From Candidatus Dormiibacterota bacterium (lineage in GTDB: Bacteria > Chloroflexota > Dormibacteria > Aeolococcales > Bog-877), in the NCBI GenBank assembly GCA_035534755.1, contig DATLRH010000006.1:8829-72828 (forward strand): a stretch of DNA of 64,000 nucleotides. The letters are read 5' to 3'. The translations under genes were made by a program, and so were the position numbers. Shown in pieces: positions 31,302 to 41,574 of the stretch. Each line of letters opens with the position of its first letter. Position 1 is the first letter of the stretch. The notes beneath the pieces were generated by a model. That model made no database searches. It saw only the letters and a list, made by a program, of their open reading frames with translations, and was not told the DNA's origin.

Positions 31302-32537
31302 CTAAGCGGCCAGCTCATCTCGAACGATCCGTCCGCCCTGCATGATCAACTTGAGGTGGCGGTCGGGCCGGCTGAGCACGGTCACGTCCTGGAGCGGGTT
31401 GGCGTCGAGCACGAGCAGGTCAGCCAGCGCGCCCTCGGTGATCTCGCCCACCTGTCCGCTCATGCCGAGCAGCTCGGCGCCCACGGTGGTGGCGGAGCGG
31501 AGGATGTCGGCGGCGGGTTGGACCTCGGCCCGGAGCGTGAATTCGAAGCTCTGCTCGGCGTGCATTTCGGCGAGCAGGTCACTGCCGTAGGCGATCGCAA
31601 CGCCGGCCCGGTGGCAGAGCTCGAGTGCCCGCAGGCCCCCGGCCTGGACCGGCGGGAGCTTGGCCAGCGCCTCCTCTGGGACGCCCAGGGCCCGACCCTG
31701 CTGGCCCAGGGCGTGGTACGTGACCAGGGTGGGGACGTAGTAGGCGCCGTGCTCCAGGAAGAGTGGCAGGCTGCTGGAATCCATCAGGTTGCCGTGCTCA
31801 ATGGTGCGCACCCCGCTGGCCAGGCCGCGGTTGATCGCCCGGGACGTGTAGGCGTGGCCAGCCACGTAGATGTTGGCCGCCTCCGCCTCTTCTACCGCGG
31901 CGCTGATCTCCTCGAGCGAAAACTGGGTCGCGTCGACGCGGTCGCTGGGCGCGTCAACCGCCCCGCTCAGGTAGAGCTTGAGGTGACCGGCCCCCCGGCG
32001 GATCTCCTCTCGGGCCGCCTTCCGCACCTCGTCCACGCCGTCGCAGATGGTGGCCAGGGTAGGGGCGAAGTAGTGGGGGTCGAAGACCACCCGGCCGGGA
32101 CCGCGCCACTCCCCGGCTCCCCCCGTCTGGGAGAGCATCTTGCCCCCGAACACGACCCGGGGACCCTCCAGGTACCCCTCGGCGACTGCTCGGGCCAGCC
32201 CGAAATCGCAGCCTCCGACGTCGCGCACGGTGGTGAAGCCGCGCTGGAGCATCCCTCGGAGGACCTGGCCAGCGCGGGCGGCGACGTAGGTGGGAGACCA
32301 TTCCGCCATCCCCCAGACGTCGGCGCTGACCGCGGTCACGTGGACGTGGCAGTCGATCAGCCCGGGCATGAGGACCGCTCCCCGGAGATTAATGACCCGC
32401 TCGGCGCTGGCGCTGGGTGGGCGCTCGCTCACCTCGCGCACCCTGCCCTCGGCCACCACGACGGTGCATCCCGGACGCAGCTGGCCCAGCTTTGGATCGA
32501 GAATCGAGGCTTCCCGGAAGACGACGCCGGGACTCAT
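31302..32537 (-). CDS. amidohydrolase-family metal-dependent hydrolase
   Basis: Metal-binding HxH (LIDCHVHV) and the conserved downstream His/Asp positions of the TIM-barrel amidohydrolase fold. 411 aa. Confidence 0.85.
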   Translation of the reverse strand: MSPGVVFREASILDPKLGQLRPGCTVVVAEGRVREVSERPPSASAERVINLRGAVLMPGLIDCHVHVTAVSADVWGMAEWSPTYVAARAGQVLRGMLQRGFTTVRDVGGCDFGLARAVAEGYLEGPRVVFGGKMLSQTGGAGEWRGPGRVVFDPHYFAPTLATICDGVDEVRKAAREEIRRGAGHLKLYLSGAVDAPSDRVDATQFSLEEISAAVEEAEAANIYVAGHAYTSRAINRGLASGVRTIEHGNLMDSSSLPLFLEHGAYYVPTLVTYHALGQQGRALGVPEEALAKLPPVQAGGLRALELCHRAGVAIAYGSDLLAEMHAEQSFEFTLRAEVQPAADILRSATTVGAELLGMSGQVGEITEGALADLLVLDANPLQDVTVLSRPDRHLKLIMQGGRIVRDELAA

Positions 32538-32902
32538 CGCTCATCTCTCCTGGGGCTCACGGGTGGGCCGCATCGAACGCCGGACACGGATTTGACCCCA
32601 CTCCAGAAGTAAGGTTGCATGTCACTCTGACCTTCAGCAGTCAGGCCGCCGAGGGTCGTTGCCTCTCCATCATAACCGGGACGGTAGATTCGGTTATCAT
32701 TGAGCCCAGAGTCGGAGGCCCGCCTCGCGGCGGAGCCGCGGGGCGGACAGGTGAGTTCGAGGAGGGGGATGGACAGCACCTATGGGTCCCGGATCGGGAC
32801 CCTCAGGAAGGGGATTCGAGGGGTCGCCCCGAGCGCAGTATGCCAAAGCGGCATCGGCCCACCGGCTCGTAAAGGCGTCGCGACCAGAATCTGGGGGAAG
32901 GA

Positions 32903-34849
32903 ATGGTGAGATCAGGATTGCGACCGTCGATCAGGCGGACAGCGGGGCTGGCGGCCGTCGCCGCACTTCTGGCCGCCGCCCTGAGCAGTTGCGCCACCCA
33001 GGCCCAGTCGCCTGGGGCGGGGGTCATCACCTTCGCCGAGCAGGCGGGGACGCCACCGACCTACATCTCGCCGCTGATGAGCGCGGAGCATGAGTCCAAC
33101 GCCAACCTGTACCAGTTCTCCAACTTCCTGTACTTGCCGCTCTATTGGTTCGGCGGCAACGGCCAGCCCAAACTCAACGAGACCCTGAGCGTCGCCTATC
33201 CGCCAGTGTTCTCGAACAACGACACGGTGGCGACGGTCAACCTCAAGCACTGGAAGTGGTCGAACGGCACGCCGATCACCGCCCGCGACGTCATGTTCTG
33301 GATGAACCTGCTGAGTGCGGTGACCGACCCCAATGCCCCTCCGGTGGGCAGCGCCAGCAGCCCGGGGCCGGGATGGTTCGCTTCGGTTCCGGGCGGCTTC
33401 CCGGAGAACGTCATCAGCTACACCCAAACCGGTACCTATTCCCTGCAATTCAAGATGAATGCCTCCTACAACCCGACCTGGGTCTTGTTCAATGAACTGA
33501 GCCAGGTCTACCCGCTGCCGCAGGCGGAGTGGGACAAGCTGTCCGCCAGCGGATCGGTGGGAAACTACGACACCTCGGCCGCGGTCAGAACCGCGATTCC
33601 GGGAACCACGCCGGCGTCTTACCTGCCGGCTCATCCCGGCACCGCCAACTCGGGTGCCCTGGGGGTGGCCGCCTTCATCAACGATGAGGCCTCGAACATC
33701 ACCACCTACGCCAGCAATCCCTTCTGGAAGACTGTCGACGGCCCCTTCACCCTGACCCAGTTCACCCCCGAGGGATACGCCAAGTTCGTCCCCAACAAGA
33801 GCTACTCGGGGACCCCCAAGCCGACCATCAAGGCCTTCATCGAGGAGCCCTTCACCACTAACCTGGCCGAGTTCAACGCGCTCCGGACCGGATCCTTGAC
33901 GATCGGGTACCTCCCCAGTGAGGACTACAACCAGCGAACGTCCCTTGCCACCCAGGAGAAGTACAACCTAAATCCCTGGTACCTGTTCGGGTTCGTGTAT
34001 GCCGGGCTCAACTTCACCAGCCCCACCGTGGGTCCGATGTTCCGCCAGCTCTACTTCCGGCAGGCCCTGCAGTCCCTGATCAATCAGAAGCAGTGGATCA
34101 ATCAATTCAATGATGGCCAGGGCACGGTTGACAACGGACCGGTACCGACCTACCCGCCCAACAACGCCGATGAGAGTTCCTTGGAGGCCACTGGGCAGGT
34201 CTACCCGTACGATCCGACCAAAGCGGTCAGCCTGCTCACGTCCCATGGTTGGAAGGTCACGCCCGGCGGGACCACCTATTGCAGCAACCCGGGCACCGGG
34301 AGTGGCCAGTGCGGCGCCGGGATCACCTCCGGCCAGCAGACCAACTTCACCATGATCCTCGCCTCCGGCAACCAGGAAGCCACCAATGAGATGGACTCCT
34401 TCCAGTCGACGCTCAAGTCGGTCGCCGGCATCGGCCTGACCATCACCCAGGAGCCGTTCGCCACCGTCATTGGCACGATGGATGCCGGCTGCACCTACAC
34501 CACTCCCTGCACCAACTGGGACATGGCCAACTGGATCGGTGGCTGGAGCTACGACCCCGACTTCTTCCCCACTGGGGAGGAGATCTTCCAGACCGGCGCC
34601 GGAAGCAATGTCGGGGACTACTCCAATCCCACCAACGACGCCAACATCGTGGCGACCACGACGGCTGCGAACGCCACCATTGAACACTCGGCGCTGGTCA
34701 AATACCAGAACTTCCTGGCGGTCAACCTGCCCGGGCTCTATCTGCCCAACGTTCCCCAGCAGTTCACCATGTACAAGAGCAATCTCAAGGGATTCCTGCC
34801 CCAGGACGTGTACGACATCCTCTACCCGCAGGACTACTCCCTCGGTTGA
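32903..34849 (+). CDS. ABC transporter substrate-binding lipoprotein, family 5 (peptide/nickel, OppA/DppA-like)
   Basis: Lipoprotein signal LAAVAALLAAALSS-C with a GGAAGG Shine-Dalgarno. The 648-aa SBP_bac_5 architecture is present. No permease or ATPase genes are adjacent. Confidence 0.85.
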   Translation: MVRSGLRPSIRRTAGLAAVAALLAAALSSCATQAQSPGAGVITFAEQAGTPPTYISPLMSAEHESNANLYQFSNFLYLPLYWFGGNGQPKLNETLSVAYPPVFSNNDTVATVNLKHWKWSNGTPITARDVMFWMNLLSAVTDPNAPPVGSASSPGPGWFASVPGGFPENVISYTQTGTYSLQFKMNASYNPTWVLFNELSQVYPLPQAEWDKLSASGSVGNYDTSAAVRTAIPGTTPASYLPAHPGTANSGALGVAAFINDEASNITTYASNPFWKTVDGPFTLTQFTPEGYAKFVPNKSYSGTPKPTIKAFIEEPFTTNLAEFNALRTGSLTIGYLPSEDYNQRTSLATQEKYNLNPWYLFGFVYAGLNFTSPTVGPMFRQLYFRQALQSLINQKQWINQFNDGQGTVDNGPVPTYPPNNADESSLEATGQVYPYDPTKAVSLLTSHGWKVTPGGTTYCSNPGTGSGQCGAGITSGQQTNFTMILASGNQEATNEMDSFQSTLKSVAGIGLTITQEPFATVIGTMDAGCTYTTPCTNWDMANWIGGWSYDPDFFPTGEEIFQTGAGSNVGDYSNPTNDANIVATTTAANATIEHSALVKYQNFLAVNLPGLYLPNVPQQFTMYKSNLKGFLPQDVYDILYPQDYSLG

Positions 34850-34896
34850 TCCGACCCTGAACCGGCGGCTCTAGCCTCGCGGCCGAGGCGGAGCCT

Positions 34897-34949
34897 GCCG
34901 GGGTCCGGCCCGGGCCGGACCCCGGCACCGCCGTCGGATCCGTTTTGTT
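34897..34949 (+). terminator. putative intrinsic terminator after the SBP gene
   Basis: Perfect 15-bp GC palindrome GCCGGGGTCCGGCCC/GGGCCGGACCCCGGC (34897-34926), then GGATCCGTTTTGTTC with a T-run at 34942-34949. Confidence 0.45.
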
Positions 34950-34976
34950 CGCCTCGGGAATAGCAGGAAACACCAC

Positions 34977-37112
34977 GTGCGCTTGACAATCATTGGCGCC
35001 GGCGCGATTGGCGGTACCATCGCCGCCCACCTGATTCGGGGCGGCCATCAGGTGCTCCTCTGTGACAGTGACCAGGCGCACGTGGAGGCGATCAATCGGG
35101 ATGGCCTTTCGATCGAAGGGCCGGTCGAGAATTTCACGGTTGAAGCCCGGGCAGTGACCCCCGAATCGCTGCCCCGCACCATCGAGCGGGCCGCGATCGC
35201 CGTCAAGAGCCACCACACCGAGGCCGCCGTCCGCCCCCTCCGGGAGCGACTCGCCCCGGGCGGCTACTTGGTCAGCTTTCAGAATGGCCTGACGGCGGAA
35301 ACCCTGGCCGCCGCGGTGGGCTGGGAGCGCCTGCTCGTGAGCTTCGTCAACTTCGGCGCCGATGTCATGGGACCGGGCCGCATCCTGCAGGGAAACGTGG
35401 GCACTTTTCGTGTCGGCGAACCCGCCGGAGGGATGATCAGCCCCCGCGTCCGCGAGCTCGTGGACGCCCTGCCCTATGCCCAGGCGACCGAGAACATCAT
35501 GGGCTACCTCTGGGGCAAGGAGGCCTATGGGGCGATGCTCTACGCGGGGGCGGTTTCCGACCTCTCGATCGCGGATTCGTTGGAGGATCCCCGCTGGCAG
35601 CCACTGATGCTGGCGACCGCCCGCGAGGTGCTGGCTCAGTCTCCGGTCAAGCCGGAGGCCTTCGACGGGTTCGACCCCGCCGACCTGACCGGGTCGCTGC
35701 CCCGGCTGGTCGCGTTCAACCGCGCCAGCGCCAAGTCGCACAGCGGCATCTACCGGGACTTGATGGTGCGCAAGCGCAAGACTGAGGTGGACGATCTGCT
35801 CCGCGATCTGAAGGGTCCGCTGACCACCTTCGCCGGCCAGCTGATTCGGGCCATCGAACGTGGCGAGCGCACCTGCGAGGTGGCCAACCTCGAGCTGCTG
35901 GCCGCCTACGAGCGGTCCGAGCGGCTTGGTCGCCAGCTCCACGCGGTGGTGCGGCTCATTCCCGCCCCCTCGCGGGCCCCCCAAGGTGCCCTGCACGGCG
36001 TCCAGGTCGCCGTCAAGGACCTTATCGATGTGGCCGGCTATCCCCGCGGCAACGGCAATCCGGAGGCGATGGCGGGGTCCCCGGCGAGCGCCGACGCCCC
36101 GGTGGTGGCGGCCTTGCGTCGGCTCGGGGCCGACGTCTTCGCCACCACCGCCCTCCTGGAGTACGCGGCCGGGGCGCTCCACCCCGATTTGCCCGAGACC
36201 CGCAACCCCTACGACCCCGCCCGCACCGCCGGGGGCTCCAGCGGGGGGTCGGCGGCGATGGTCGGGGTGGGTGCCTGCCCGCTCGCAGTCGGCACCGACA
36301 CCGGGGGGTCGGTTCGGGTTCCCGCCGCGTACTGCGGGGTGGTGGGGCTGAAGCCCAGCTTCGGGCTGATCTCGACGGAAGGAAGCCAACCGCTGGCGCC
36401 TTCCCTGGATCATGTCGGGCTGCTAGGTCGCGACGTTGCGATAGTGGCTCGGTCCCTGGCCGCGCTCACCGGGGAGTCGGCGCTGCCGGTGCCGGCGGCG
36501 CTGCGGATCGGGGTCGTCGAGGAACACTTCACCGACCTTGACCCTGAGATCGAGGCGGCCCTGCGCCAGAGCCTGGAGAAGCTGGCCACCGAGCACTGCT
36601 CGATTCGGCCCCTCGACGGACGCGCCCTGGCGGCCATGGACGAGCTCTACGACGACATCCTGCTCTGGGAGATCTGGCAGGCGCACGGGGCCAGGGTGCG
36701 CCAACAACCGGGGCACTTCGGCCCCGAGACGCTGCGCCTCTTCGAGGCAGCCGGGAAGGCGACTGAGGCAAGCTACCGAGCCGCCTCCGATCGCCGCGAG
36801 CTCGGGCGCGCCGAAGCGGCCGCGATTCACCGGGAGGTCGACATTCTGCTCACCCCGGCGCTGCCCTTTCTGGCGCCTCTGACGACGCCCCCGATCGACA
36901 CCCCGGCCGGAGTCGCCGAGGGCCGCTTCACCAAGGTCTTCAACCTCACTGGGGAGCCTGCCCTGGTGCTGCCCTGTGGCTGGTCCCGGAGCGGCCTGCC
37001 CATCTCGCTGCAGCTAAGCTCCGCGCGGGGTGCCGATGCCGCGCTGCTGGCGGCTGCGGCCCGGGTCGAGGCCATTCTGGACCAGCCCCGGCACGAGCCC
37101 GCCGTCCGATGA
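34977..37112 (+). CDS. fusion protein: N-terminal 2-dehydropantoate 2-reductase (ApbA/PanE-like) domain and C-terminal amidase-signature (AS) family amidase
   Basis: Rossmann motif IIGAGAIGG, and an ApbA C-domain region SGIYRDLMVRKRKTEVDDL. Then an AS signature with catalytic Lys (VAVKDLIDVAG), GGSSGGSAAMV and GTDTGGSVRVPAAYCGVVGLKPSFG. Single continuous 711-aa frame with uniformly high GC3. Confidence 0.8.
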   Translation: MRLTIIGAGAIGGTIAAHLIRGGHQVLLCDSDQAHVEAINRDGLSIEGPVENFTVEARAVTPESLPRTIERAAIAVKSHHTEAAVRPLRERLAPGGYLVSFQNGLTAETLAAAVGWERLLVSFVNFGADVMGPGRILQGNVGTFRVGEPAGGMISPRVRELVDALPYAQATENIMGYLWGKEAYGAMLYAGAVSDLSIADSLEDPRWQPLMLATAREVLAQSPVKPEAFDGFDPADLTGSLPRLVAFNRASAKSHSGIYRDLMVRKRKTEVDDLLRDLKGPLTTFAGQLIRAIERGERTCEVANLELLAAYERSERLGRQLHAVVRLIPAPSRAPQGALHGVQVAVKDLIDVAGYPRGNGNPEAMAGSPASADAPVVAALRRLGADVFATTALLEYAAGALHPDLPETRNPYDPARTAGGSSGGSAAMVGVGACPLAVGTDTGGSVRVPAAYCGVVGLKPSFGLISTEGSQPLAPSLDHVGLLGRDVAIVARSLAALTGESALPVPAALRIGVVEEHFTDLDPEIEAALRQSLEKLATEHCSIRPLDGRALAAMDELYDDILLWEIWQAHGARVRQQPGHFGPETLRLFEAAGKATEASYRAASDRRELGRAEAAAIHREVDILLTPALPFLAPLTTPPIDTPAGVAEGRFTKVFNLTGEPALVLPCGWSRSGLPISLQLSSARGADAALLAAAARVEAILDQPRHEPAVR

Positions 37113-37135
37113 CGATGCCTTCGGGAGGTCGTTGA

Positions 37136-38179
37136 GTGCGCGCAGCGGTGTACCGGGCGGCCGGCCAGGTTGTGGTCGAGGACGTCCCCGACGCCTCCCT
37201 GGGAGCGGCCACCGACGCGGTGGTCCGGGTGCTGCGCTCCTGCATCTGCGGATCCGACCTCTGGGCCTACCGGGGAATCATCCAGCGGGTCTCCGGGTCT
37301 CGCCTCGGCCACGAGTTCATGGGCACGGTGGAGGCGGTCGGGGACGAGGTCCGGACGGTGGCCGTGGGCGACCTGGTGATAGCTCCCTTCCAGTGGTCCG
37401 ACAACACCTGCCCGGCCTGCCAGGATGGTCTCCAGACGGCCTGCAGCAGCGGGGGAACCTTCGGCGCTCCAGGTACCGACGGGGGCCAGGGGGAAGCGGT
37501 CCGGGTGCCCCAGGCGGACGGGACCCTGGTCGTCGTGCCGGGGGGCCTGGCAGCCGTCGGGACAGAGCTGCTGCCCGCGCTCGTGGGGCTGACCGACGTG
37601 GTCGCCACCGGCCTCCACGGGGCCTCACTGGCAGGAGTCGGCGAGGGAGCGACGGTCGCGATCATCGGGGACGGCGCAGTCGGGCTCTGCGCGGCGCTCG
37701 GCGCCAGCCGGATCTTGGGCGCCGAGAGGGTCATCCTGCTGAGCCGCCACCCGGACCGGACGGAGGTCGGTCGTCAGTTCGGGGTAACCGACGTCGTCGC
37801 CAGCCGGGGGGCGGAGGGGATCGCCGCGGTCCGGGAGCTGACCCAGGGCTTGGGGGTGCGTCACGTAGTCGAGGCGGTAGGCACCCCGGAGTCCTGGGAG
37901 ATGGCGATGGGGATGGCCCGCGAGGGGGGATCGATCGGAGCCGTAGGAGTTCCCCACACCATGCCCCAGCTTCCCCTCCTCGAAGCCTTCAGGCACCAGC
38001 TCCGGATCGGTCTGGGGATCGCTCCAGCCCGACGCTACCTGCCCGACCTGCTCTCCCGGGTGATGTCGGGGACCCTCGACCCGAGTCCGGTTTTCGACCT
38101 GACCCTGCCTCTGGAGCGCGTCGCCGATGGTTATGCTGCCATGTCGGCCCGGCGGTCGATCAAGGTGGTCCTGGCATGA
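37136..38179 (+). CDS. zinc-dependent alcohol dehydrogenase (MDR family)
   Basis: CGSDLW..., GHEFMGTVEAVGDEV, and a structural-zinc Cys cluster CPACQDGLQTAC. NAD-binding GDGAVG. Confidence 0.9.
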   Translation: MRAAVYRAAGQVVVEDVPDASLGAATDAVVRVLRSCICGSDLWAYRGIIQRVSGSRLGHEFMGTVEAVGDEVRTVAVGDLVIAPFQWSDNTCPACQDGLQTACSSGGTFGAPGTDGGQGEAVRVPQADGTLVVVPGGLAAVGTELLPALVGLTDVVATGLHGASLAGVGEGATVAIIGDGAVGLCAALGASRILGAERVILLSRHPDRTEVGRQFGVTDVVASRGAEGIAAVRELTQGLGVRHVVEAVGTPESWEMAMGMAREGGSIGAVGVPHTMPQLPLLEAFRHQLRIGLGIAPARRYLPDLLSRVMSGTLDPSPVFDLTLPLERVADGYAAMSARRSIKVVLA

Positions 38180-38255
38180 GGCGGGCGCCCGCCGGGCGCA
38201 GAGAGTTCGGCCTGACTCAGGCCCTGGGCTCGGGATGGACCGCCGGGAGCCGCCC

Positions 38256-39470
38256 ATGAGCCCCTCGGCCTACCGGGGCTACCACTCCTACGACTACCTG
38301 ACCCCCGGTGAGGACTACCGCCAATTCGAGCTCGCTGCGGAGCTGGATCGGGTCCCCTCCCAGCCGGTGGCGACAACCGCTGACGAGGAGGCTCGGGTCG
38401 AGCGTCTGCTGGGGGAGGGCCCGGTGATCTCATTCCACGACCATCCGTCGGTGCTTCCGGCCGATCCCGAGCGGCTCTTCGAGTACCGCCGCCAAGGGCG
38501 CGACGTGACCGGCTATCTGGGACTCAGCCAATCCGGCCTTGACGCCCTCTTCGACAATCTCGCCGACGGGGAGGGACAGATCACCTCGCTGATGGGGTGG
38601 AAGTGGGACGACACTCTGGTCGACCTGGGGATGCGGCTCTGCGACATCGCCCACCAGGATTTCCTCCGCATCGTCCATCGCGTCGCTGACATCGAGGCCG
38701 CCCGAGCCCAGGGGCAGCTGGGGATCATCCTGGCGGTAGAGTCCGCGGCCCCGATCGAGAACGAGCTGGACCGGCTTGACATCCTCTACGGGTTCGGCAT
38801 CCGGGCCGTGGGGGTGACCTACAGCGAGGCCAACGCCCTGGGCAGTGGCCTAGCCGAGGCCAGCGACGGAGGGCTGACCGCATTCGGGCGCCGCGCCGTG
38901 CACCGCATGAATCAGCTGGGCATCCTGATCGACTGCTCCCACGCCGGAGACCAAACCACCCTGGACACGATCGAGGTCAGCCGGGCACCAGTGTCGATCT
39001 CCCACGCCGGCGCCCGGGCGATCTGGCCGACGGCGCGGATGAAACCGGACCAGGTGATCCGCGCCTGCGCTGAGAAGGGCGGGATCGTGGGCATCGAGGC
39101 GGCTCCCCACACCACCCTGAGCCGGGCTCAGCCCCGCCACACCATCGACAGCTACATGGCCCATTTCGAGTACTGCTGCGAGCTGGCCGGCATCGAGCAC
39201 GTCGCCTTCGGTCCCGACACGCTGTTCGGCGACCACGTCGGGCTCCACCGGGTCATGGCGCAGCGGTTTGGCCAGGGGCTGCCTCAGCCTGACCCGCCGC
39301 TGGAGTTCGAGCGGGTGGAGTGGGTGGACGGGCTGGAGAGCCCGGCCGAGGCCTTCCGCAACATCGCCCGCTGGCTGGTTACCCATGGCTACTCCGACTC
39401 CGATATCCACCAGGTCTTGGGCGGCAACATCCTCCGCCTGCTCGGCGACGCCTGGGAGCCGCACCGATGA
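38256..39470 (+). CDS. membrane (renal)-type dipeptidase, peptidase family M19
   Basis: The M19 motifs SFHDH...(H,D ligands), ILIDCSHAG and VAFGPD are present. ATG 38256 with a GGGAG Shine-Dalgarno; the track N-terminal extension is Arg/Pro junk. Confidence 0.9.
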   Translation: MSPSAYRGYHSYDYLTPGEDYRQFELAAELDRVPSQPVATTADEEARVERLLGEGPVISFHDHPSVLPADPERLFEYRRQGRDVTGYLGLSQSGLDALFDNLADGEGQITSLMGWKWDDTLVDLGMRLCDIAHQDFLRIVHRVADIEAARAQGQLGIILAVESAAPIENELDRLDILYGFGIRAVGVTYSEANALGSGLAEASDGGLTAFGRRAVHRMNQLGILIDCSHAGDQTTLDTIEVSRAPVSISHAGARAIWPTARMKPDQVIRACAEKGGIVGIEAAPHTTLSRAQPRHTIDSYMAHFEYCCELAGIEHVAFGPDTLFGDHVGLHRVMAQRFGQGLPQPDPPLEFERVEWVDGLESPAEAFRNIARWLVTHGYSDSDIHQVLGGNILRLLGDAWEPHR

Positions 39471-40189
39471 GGGAGGCCGTCTCCTCCGGCGACCTGCGCC
39501 CGCCGGCCCGGGTGGCGGTGGTGACCGGGGTGGCCCACGGCATTGGGGCGGCCATCGCCGCGGCGCTGGCCGCCGATGGGATGACAGTGCATGGGATCGA
39601 CCGCGCCGAGGTCGATGTCTCCGACCCGGGGGCGGTGTCCGACTACTTCACGGAAGTGGGCTCCGTCGACGTGCTGGTCAACAACGCGGGCGGCGTCCAG
39701 GGCCAGGTCCACCAGCCGGTCGAGCTGGTCTCCGATCACGACTGGAGTGCCATCGTCGATGCCAACCTGACCGGCACCTTCCACTGCACCCGAGCGGTCG
39801 TCCCGGGGATGAAGCGGAGGGGCTGGGGCCGGATCGTCAACATCTCCTCGGGGGCCGGCCGCAGCGTCAGCCTGACCGGGATCCAGGCCTACGCCAGCGC
39901 CAAGGCAGGCCAGATCGGCTTCACCCGCCAGATGGCGCATGAGCTGGGCCGCTACGGGATCACGGTCAACTGCATCGCCCCCGGCTTCGTGCTCTCCAAC
40001 CCGACTTCGATCAGGCAGTGGGAGGGGTACGGCCCGGAGGGCCAGGCCGCCCTGGTCGAGGGGATCGCGGTGCGCCGCCTGGGCGAGCCGGAGGACATTG
40101 CCAACGGGGTGCGCTTCTTCGTCGCCGAGGCGTCCTCCTGGGTCACCGGGCAGACCCTCTCGATAGACGGCGGCCATGCTCTCTTTTAG
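39467..40189 (+). CDS. short-chain dehydrogenase/reductase (SDR)
   Basis: TGVAHGIGAAIA cofactor motif, NNAG, and catalytic YASAKAG (YxxxK). ATGA overlap with the M19 stop. Confidence 0.9.
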   Translation: MREAVSSGDLRPPARVAVVTGVAHGIGAAIAAALAADGMTVHGIDRAEVDVSDPGAVSDYFTEVGSVDVLVNNAGGVQGQVHQPVELVSDHDWSAIVDANLTGTFHCTRAVVPGMKRRGWGRIVNISSGAGRSVSLTGIQAYASAKAGQIGFTRQMAHELGRYGITVNCIAPGFVLSNPTSIRQWEGYGPEGQAALVEGIAVRRLGEPEDIANGVRFFVAEASSWVTGQTLSIDGGHALF

Positions 40190-41534
40190 CCAGGGCGACG
40201 GCGAGTACATCGGCGAGCTGGCCGAGTTCGTGGCCATTCCCAGCATCAGCCGCGACGCCTCTCCGGAGACGATGCGGCAGGCGGCCGAATGGCTGGTCGC
40301 CCGACTCGGGTATGCCCACGGCCGGCTGATCGAGACCGCCGGCAACCCGGTGGTGGCGGCCGAGCTGGCTGGACCGCCCGACGCTCCCACGATCCTGGTC
40401 TATGGCCACTATGACGTCCAACCGACCGGGGACCTCCTGGAGTGGGTTACCCCGCCCTTCCAGCTGACCCGGGATGGGGAGTTCGTCCGGGGCCGGGGGG
40501 CCAGCGATGACAAGGGTCCCGTCTACATCGTGCTGCAGGTGGCCCAGGCGTTTGCCAGCCAGGAGGGCGCCCCTCCCCTCAACGTGAAGTTCCTCTTCGA
40601 GGGCGAGGAGGAGGTGGGCAGTCCCAACCTTCCGGCCTTCCTCCGAGAGCACGCCGAGTCATTTGCGGCGGATCTGGTCGTCTCGGCCGACGGCGCCATG
40701 TGGCGCCCGGGCGAGCCCTCGGTCTCGATCGCCTCCAAAGGCCTGGTCAGCCTGGACATCGAGGTGACCGGGGCTGGGGACGACCTCCACTCGGGGCGCT
40801 ACGGGGGCACGGTCGCCAACCCGGCCCACGCACTCGCCCAGCTCCTGGCCAGCCTTCACACCGAGGCGGGCGCAGTGGCGGTGGCCGGCTTCTACGACGG
40901 GATCCCTGACCTCACCCCAGGGCGCCGGGAGGAGATCGCCGGGGTTCCCTTCGACGACCGCGCCTACTCCGATCAACTCGGTCTCGAGGAGCTCCACGGG
41001 GAGCCCGGATTCTCGACCCTGGAGCGGCTCTGGGAGCGGCCCACCCTGGAGATCAACGGCATCCTGGCGGGGGGGAAGTACACCGTGATCCCCCATCGCG
41101 CCAGCGGGCACGTCTCCTGCCGGCTGGTCCCGGGCCAGGACCCCGACGCCGTCCTGCAGGCGATCGCCGCCCACGTGGCGGCCCAGCGTACCCCCGGGGT
41201 CCGCGTTCTGGTGCGGCCGGATCAGGCTCGGGTGCCCGCCTACACCATCTCGCCTGATCACCCGGCGGTGCAGGCCGCCACCGCCGCCTTGGAGAGCGTC
41301 TACCCGGGCCAGGCGGTGATCCTGGCCAAGATCGGCGGCACCCTGCCGGCGACCGTCCTCTTCGAAGAGGTGCTGCACGCCAAGACGCTCTTCTTCTCCT
41401 TCTCCACCTCGGACGAGCGCCTGCACGCGCCCAACGAGTTCCTCCGCATCCGCCGGCTCCGGGAGGGCATGCGCGCCTGGGAGGCGCTCTGGCGGCTGCT
41501 CGGAAATGGACCCCACCGGCTGGCGCCAAGGTGA
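40176..41534 (+). CDS. M20 family metallopeptidase (dipeptidase, Dug1/carnosinase/PepV-like M20A)
   Basis: GHYDVQP, GRGASDDKG, an EGEEEVGS metal-ligand region, and a dimerisation domain. Its start overlaps the SDR gene's 3' end. Confidence 0.9.
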   Translation: MLSFSQGDGEYIGELAEFVAIPSISRDASPETMRQAAEWLVARLGYAHGRLIETAGNPVVAAELAGPPDAPTILVYGHYDVQPTGDLLEWVTPPFQLTRDGEFVRGRGASDDKGPVYIVLQVAQAFASQEGAPPLNVKFLFEGEEEVGSPNLPAFLREHAESFAADLVVSADGAMWRPGEPSVSIASKGLVSLDIEVTGAGDDLHSGRYGGTVANPAHALAQLLASLHTEAGAVAVAGFYDGIPDLTPGRREEIAGVPFDDRAYSDQLGLEELHGEPGFSTLERLWERPTLEINGILAGGKYTVIPHRASGHVSCRLVPGQDPDAVLQAIAAHVAAQRTPGVRVLVRPDQARVPAYTISPDHPAVQAATAALESVYPGQAVILAKIGGTLPATVLFEEVLHAKTLFFSFSTSDERLHAPNEFLRIRRLREGMRAWEALWRLLGNGPHRLAPR

Positions 41535-41574
41535 GCCCTCCGAGCCGATCGAAAGTTTGCCCCGGGGAGCCGCG

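Noticed and set aside
34785-36413. 542-aa minus-strand ORF
   Set aside because: Antisense to the ketopantoate-reductase/amidase fusion. The plus frame holds both domain signatures.
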